From the NCBI GenBank assembly GCA_964349635.1, contig CAYGHZ010000001.1, forward strand, positions 1 to 44,304: a stretch of 44,304 nucleotides of DNA. Reading direction: 5' to 3'. Made by a program: the position numbers and the translations under genes. The notes under the pieces were generated by a model. It had not been told where the DNA came from. It saw only the letters and a program-made list of their open reading frames with translations, and did not search any database. Source of the stretch: an uncultured Candidatus Marinamargulisbacteria bacterium. GTDB lineage: Bacteria; Margulisbacteria; Marinamargulisbacteria; SXXA01; CAYGHZ01. Shown piece by piece: positions 43,101-44,304 of the stretch. Within the stretch, counting starts at the first letter, position 1, and every line of letters begins with the position of its first letter.

Positions 43101-44304
43101 TGACGGCGTGAAATATTCCGGCATCTTTATGGGTGGCAATGTCGGGATTGGCACAGATACCCCGGCGTACCCTCTCGATGTTAAATCCACGAACTTGAAT
43201 GGCATCGCATTAAATATGGGTGCCATTGCCGCGCTGATTAGCTCCAACAACGTTTCACCCGGCGGCGCGATCCAACGAGGATCAATGTTAATTGTCTCGG
43301 GCAATGGAACAGCTCTCAAGGTCGAAACCATTCCGACCGAAGCCTTCAAAACAATCGCCTACGAAAGCTCGGGTGCCCCGCAAGGGTATTATCAGGTCGA
43401 TGACACTAAAGCCTCGACACTAATGACCCAATTGAAATCCGGCGGCATTATTAACTCGTCTTACCAATTGATTCCCGCCAGCCTTACCGCTCTTAAAACA
43501 GCCTTGGGAGCCTATGGAAACTACGTCGACGGCAACTTTGTTTCGACGCAAAACGTTTTCCGGGCGTTGGCGCCTTACCTTCAAAAAAGCTTTATTTCCC
43601 TCACGCCGACGGGTAACGGTGCAGTTCTTGGTCAATTAGGCACGATAACTCGCAATACAATCGTGATCAGCACTGGCACCGGACCGCTTTTGCCCGAAAT
43701 CAACGCCGGCGCGGCGGTGGGAAGCAAGGTCAAAAATGCCTTTGCCTTTACCGGACGGGTCGGCATCAATATGAGAAAAGCCGATACCATTCAAAATGTT
43801 TTAGACAAGACCTTGGTGGTCAACGGCGATATGAAAGTCGGCATTACGCAGGAAGGCTTCGTTCAGGATCAAACCCGGTTATATTTCTCGGGTGGCCCGA
43901 CAATCGCCCCCGTGGTCAACTCGGACAACACCAACCCGATGTTTATTGCGCGCCACAACGACAACGTAAATGTCACCAGCTTGCAAATCAGCGTCGGAAC
44001 CGATGCCCAAAGCCCCACCAAGCCGGACGCCAAATTCCGGGTGGGTTATACGCAAAACAATGCGTTTAACAGCGTCTTTGACGTTCGCGTCAGCACGATC
44101 AGCCAGTTCCCCGACCACATCAACACCGGCCTGCTTGACCCTGCCAGCCTTTCCAACGACCCCGCCGGATTTGTCGGCGTGGGCACCAGCAATGCCAAAG
44201 CGACGCTGCATGTCGTAGCCGACAAAAGCTATTTGGACCCTACTGGTACCGGGGCCAACCTTATCAATACCTTTGTAACCAATAATGTCTCCATCATCCA
44301 AAAT
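34075..44304 (+). CDS. giant secreted repetitive fibre/adhesin-like protein, 5' part only (3,410 codons visible; continues beyond the window)
   Basis: I hand-translated every codon from the ATG at 34075 to 44304 and found no in-frame stop. The window ends on a codon boundary (..NNVSIIQN). All track ORFs in this span are short, and the plus-strand ones all lie in a different frame. It has a signal peptide, recurrent protein motifs and a coherent amino-acid composition. Confidence 0.9.
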   Translation, partial: MKWGLTLVLLASLSFASATLAAEKPVTITFQATLYSPIIGLLEGSHMVTAGIYSGKKPPAIWREGRRSVSFKKGAFSLILGAQDPTNNALLPAHFDIASPTLGLIIYDQLFFFPITSIPYAIKSIVAEEALQAPAEGISGDFTSRVAINAPLFVDQKTFYVDPLKNRVGIGTTQPMAELDVIGKIDSKGLLVNGKSFIDTVAWQPNKSVVKTIHTKTSVGIGTTRPIFGLHATGTINAMAYTINGQRIDGILDWQHPAVVSDLYFRKGGNIGIGSADPRSKLDVRGSLRVGESADTVSGNIRWNPITSKIEGFNNTQWLPLTGIVGQGVANSPVFWTSSQEFGNSASFFWDSAKSYLGLGTKTPRAWLTIQSDGAAPSFIASANQNLVFVGANNNIGIGTSTPNQKLRVRGLLDSDELTIGGLNLRLALSTGTFWLRNPKDNSLFYTLGNVGIGRPDPGSLLELSGRNVAAGGKSQNPAMTFSSSSASFTMGADLADSGVFRIEAGKVLGVSTPLFIALEDRLAIGIRHPQANLHVSGNAGVVLAGKFFGSPESFGIQQALDKREPGVVIITKNIPAEGPGTRMLWFAKRAAFRAGHLDTLGLSGGKEWNEDNLGKFSVGFGHNTRPGGAVSAVSGGQSNTADGAYATVLGGSGNSAAGDFSVAGGQRAKALHAGSFVWADSQSRDLVSHHENQFLIRAQGGVAIGTTQTLFNDQRVALTVAGKAVLGNAFVSSPQQINEALSAELRNDLRRHNYINDDGSFTSQFSSLNPLQVDPTHNAYAFFMRTVLTTIYDSSIIKAGIVVKNTGKVAIGAADPGKSRLLVSGGAVHIGLPTATSNGNVVVRSSADLPNIFMAHGVKDNAKNPAMAVVDLGHTGFGLFPTIFTAIQKPGLQVGSGNIAATAYKLPDNTSLGVVPIEPWEIVLATPNVYFPTGNIEHMRTHPGNVGIGTTLPKSAFEISNIGSVQFDTPKNAAMSIQSFTMGINHLLPDVFRVEKNLTLDSASPLLTLKNATIGMGILNPQAQLHVGATALFNGTVRFTPTPIPNAPVVPPFGFSPAPADTSYIATAPTVNVTTLFVNHELFEASGSKWNVLSNNDIFKPAIGSFVGIGTTQPQTMLAVIGTINATKLVVAKNLKVTNVLRLGQLNFRDGGDLASLVVKNGKLVQQDTIFVSDTLSAGSGSGGKIAFWVEDPTVASLSLLAETHFVWTSPTPSKAGTLSLTGNFAVSNTRTAASSFSVKNDSILGTANANSAYTITSGIGHNGFYNLHSRDFSNSKITIGIDSWLGSPATSEITGAKVVVANRPGVLLTQNGSARGLTIDVSKVNVQAAGDRGFKYAALFNGNVGINTFPVPDPLSQYILDVKGTVVATQFNITKRLSVSTINVQTNVLRVTDAGKVGIATQTPKTAIEIIGTVLAKQFKVKGADITNLDIRQGSLVVNTQQPNSVGMGTSAPGAQLEIRRDFSSTPASDYSAQVISANAQSITHNITAVDLDIQSADFRNILGKPGEPHIATGININLSGTAATENAVITGFKAIMNPADVTRNAAAILLGGNVGVNISEPTVLLDILGTIRANNVVQTNLLTKQKRASFGRLDLTTPNVSITGDTLIAKDIRVSTFNALASDGATQSKLIVNQKLNLPGILLNVAGTWLGKTISVNQTVTAKQAQYHDNAIAVRGHFDGVGLGQSAPTKGLVVSNTLTAKRMVVRNSLNSRSIQFHTTGVISDLNGNIGINTSVASNRLHINPVLSSNPAFNSADNTTWQALRVHSTTSTINGIVFVPESGTATDTGAGIAALRTVRGSHLAIITDPDNGLPVEQVRITNAGNVGIGTTAPDRLLKVAGTARFENDLTLSSPAQLNASVIQGRSGSGITIPNLLAITATANVSANVITDKFISIRTLTKPGSVVDAGALFDNGGLFYQFTTSGNLTQFLSNKTGTIPFFNDKQKLTDTSALSWTASSGIFRVGTANMKLRNKPLVDVVNTIPSKNLIATPFTAHSIRLSFLDRPIDASSQFGKTLFAGLNINLPKQYIPLTETARGLAISVVSLNAVSSTPLPSEEDFSIEGRKFAASFVGGAVAIIASPNVALRPSADLMVVGYGSHMDALRIGDGLAVDPSGRVGIGTTLPTAKTTIKGNGIVLQAQDSLGIELMKIRDNGYVGFGVSRNVAQMTEIAGTVSANVMKAGRLIGSILSAGGSKLVVLANKNVGIGTSTPAAQFENQQIISSPTDPRTMLEKIEQRLGTTIIANLTGLSIVVTSNSLSNTFGLVGTPKTALGLNIAATQLQLHPSANAVGLRVTVPNIAVSRNAAILLGGNVGIGTTTPTASLAIVGTLRVSGPTFFTSSSAFSTTQIASFNRMVVTAGAPNINTATFKGLVTVTKNMTFANSVSLFKKLTGRVSAGGIVAGRGQIANVAVATVNRTATRFNMVGKAKFTGLLVKNTLFSNTITANAGITVTSPMIIDGAATVTHNAFTNFLSLNSIANPAQNVSEYLFTYSNQLRYRSGGVTANLSASASGVPGQLPFYDQSKSVSGNTFLNWAINNQSLVSTLNVRLMALKSTIGSAVSGVHDAQRLVLKFLDRPQNTGVVNQGDYLFAGLHVMSTGNTTVTLNETMTGLRVSVASLNAQSSTILPPDEGGSIISGQKYAATFLGGGLSIATKPTKGVVTGNASLYVNHGFTSNPAFRIDSPTSNLFAVYPGFVGIGSTTYGGRLTVTSNLEVLSGGLSRFKVTPAGQIGIGTSEPGANLHLVGSFKVTSNAVTRMMINSVGQIAFNRATSDASLRVSGDAQLGNGLWLSSGKASIGRIASTYYPLAVSGNIVSGQQIFPTNRILAWSTSANIVERAGNEVMRITDQKSLAIGTKLPSASLHVFAAAPKNIFHLSKSASPNIMVITNTGLIGLGTHLPSANLHILGKLKANRIIDRPTLLIAPNIIVTNNKTGANNFKIANQVTSGEAATGFASSIALSSDSDKSLMGLSIKLKSTVTQNNPRVVGLRVNNALFSEDANLATDDGVKYSGIFMGGNVGIGTDTPAYPLDVKSTNLNGIALNMGAIAALISSNNVSPGGAIQRGSMLIVSGNGTALKVETIPTEAFKTIAYESSGAPQGYYQVDDTKASTLMTQLKSGGIINSSYQLIPASLTALKTALGAYGNYVDGNFVSTQNVFRALAPYLQKSFISLTPTGNGAVLGQLGTITRNTIVISTGTGPLLPEINAGAAVGSKVKNAFAFTGRVGINMRKADTIQNVLDKTLVVNGDMKVGITQEGFVQDQTRLYFSGGPTIAPVVNSDNTNPMFIARHNDNVNVTSLQISVGTDAQSPTKPDAKFRVGYTQNNAFNSVFDVRVSTISQFPDHINTGLLDPASLSNDPAGFVGVGTSNAKATLHVVADKSYLDPTGTGANLINTFVTNNVSIIQN
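34570..44220 (+). repeat. about 30 dispersed protein-level copies of the motif G-N-V-G-I-G-T-x-x-P-x-x-x-L-x-V-x-G
   Basis: Strict GN[VI]G[IV][GN] copies start at 34879, 35419, 36907, 38104, 38737, 39262, 39550, 41014 and 43135. Looser copies include NRVGIGTTQPMAELDVIG at 34570, QIGIGTSEPGANLHLVG at 42274 and FVGVGTSNAKATLHVVA at 44170. Codons differ between copies, so there is no long DNA-level repeat. Confidence 0.8.
35815..36195 (+). other. YadA-head / Hep_Hag-like repeat segment within the giant protein
   Basis: GTRMLWFAKRAAFRAG...WNEDNLGKFSVGFGHNT..GGAVSAVSGGQSNTADGAYATVLGGSGNSAAGDFSVAGGQRAKALHAGSFVWADS...NQFLIRAQGGVAIGT. The short G-x-x-N-x-A-x-G repeats and the FVW.DS...NQF.IRA.GGV ending are typical of trimeric-adhesin-head / tail-fibre-like proteins. 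Confidence 0.5.

Noticed and set aside
34642-44301. About 45 short track ORFs (60-168 aa) on both strands across the last 10 kb
   Set aside because: The plus-strand ones all lie in a different frame from the ORF starting at 34075, and the rest are antisense. Their translations are Arg/Pro/Ser/Cys-rich junk typical of shadow frames of a moderately GC-rich coding region. The 34075 frame is continuously open and encodes coherent repeated motifs.
34059-44304. The idea that the absence of long track ORFs reflects stop-codon reassignment (code 4/25) or a non-coding repeat region
   Set aside because: No recoding is needed. Under the standard code, the frame starting at 34075 contains no TAA, TAG or TGA at all. 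Neighbouring genes terminate normally with all three stop codons.
1-44304. A search by eye for CRISPR arrays, rRNA genes, IS/transposase genes, long DNA-level direct repeats and integrases
   Set aside because: None found. The only repeats are protein-level motifs in the giant ORF and short inverted repeats. Mobile-element evidence is limited to the tRNA fragment and the TA-type cargo.

Overview
This 44.3-kb window comes from a compact, gene-dense bacterial genome in which many neighbouring genes overlap by 1-30 nt. The main result is a single open reading frame from 34075 to the window end at 44304. It spans 3,410 codons with no in-frame stop (checked by hand-translating every codon) and is absent from the supplied ORF track, probably because it has no stop inside the window. 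It starts with a clear signal peptide. The product is a repetitive Gly/Asn/Thr/Ser/Val-rich fibre- or adhesin-like protein with about 30 dispersed copies of a GNVGIGT..P...L.V.G motif and one YadA-head-like segment. Directly upstream on the same strand, and tightly packed, are a stand-alone response-regulator receiver, an omptin-like outer-membrane protease, a small secreted protein with a T9SS-CTD/FlgD-Ig-like C-terminus, and a PorV/PorQ/FadL-like beta-barrel. Upstream of those are an FAD-dependent oxidoreductase and an alpha-oxoamine-synthase::GNAT-fold acyltransferase fusion, which may make a ceramide or aminolipid. Other content, left to right: (1) 1-3.7 kb is a toxin-antitoxin mosaic with an AbiE-like HTH + nucleotidyltransferase pair, a tRNA 3'-end fragment, a decayed second nucleotidyltransferase copy, and a Fic toxin with a convergent VbhA-like small ORF. 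(2) 3.7-9 kb on the minus strand is a membrane-pyrophosphatase homologue with degenerate catalytic motifs, co-oriented with a 105-aa and a 970-aa orphan protein. (3) 9-19.9 kb holds an AAC(6')-like GNAT, then a long minus-strand housekeeping array (ileS, PfkB kinase, miaA, 7TM-HD protein, ybeY, dgkA, CNNM/CorC, a hypothetical protein, hemerythrin). (4) 20.2-25.4 kb is a peptide/nickel-type ABC importer operon interrupted between its two permease genes by a wHTH + nucleotidyltransferase cassette with its own palindromic operator. (5) 25.4-27.5 kb is a divergent pair of Tgl-type transglutaminase-like paralogues. I saw no rRNA, intact tRNA, CRISPR array or transposase. All family assignments are motif recognition by eye, not database searches.
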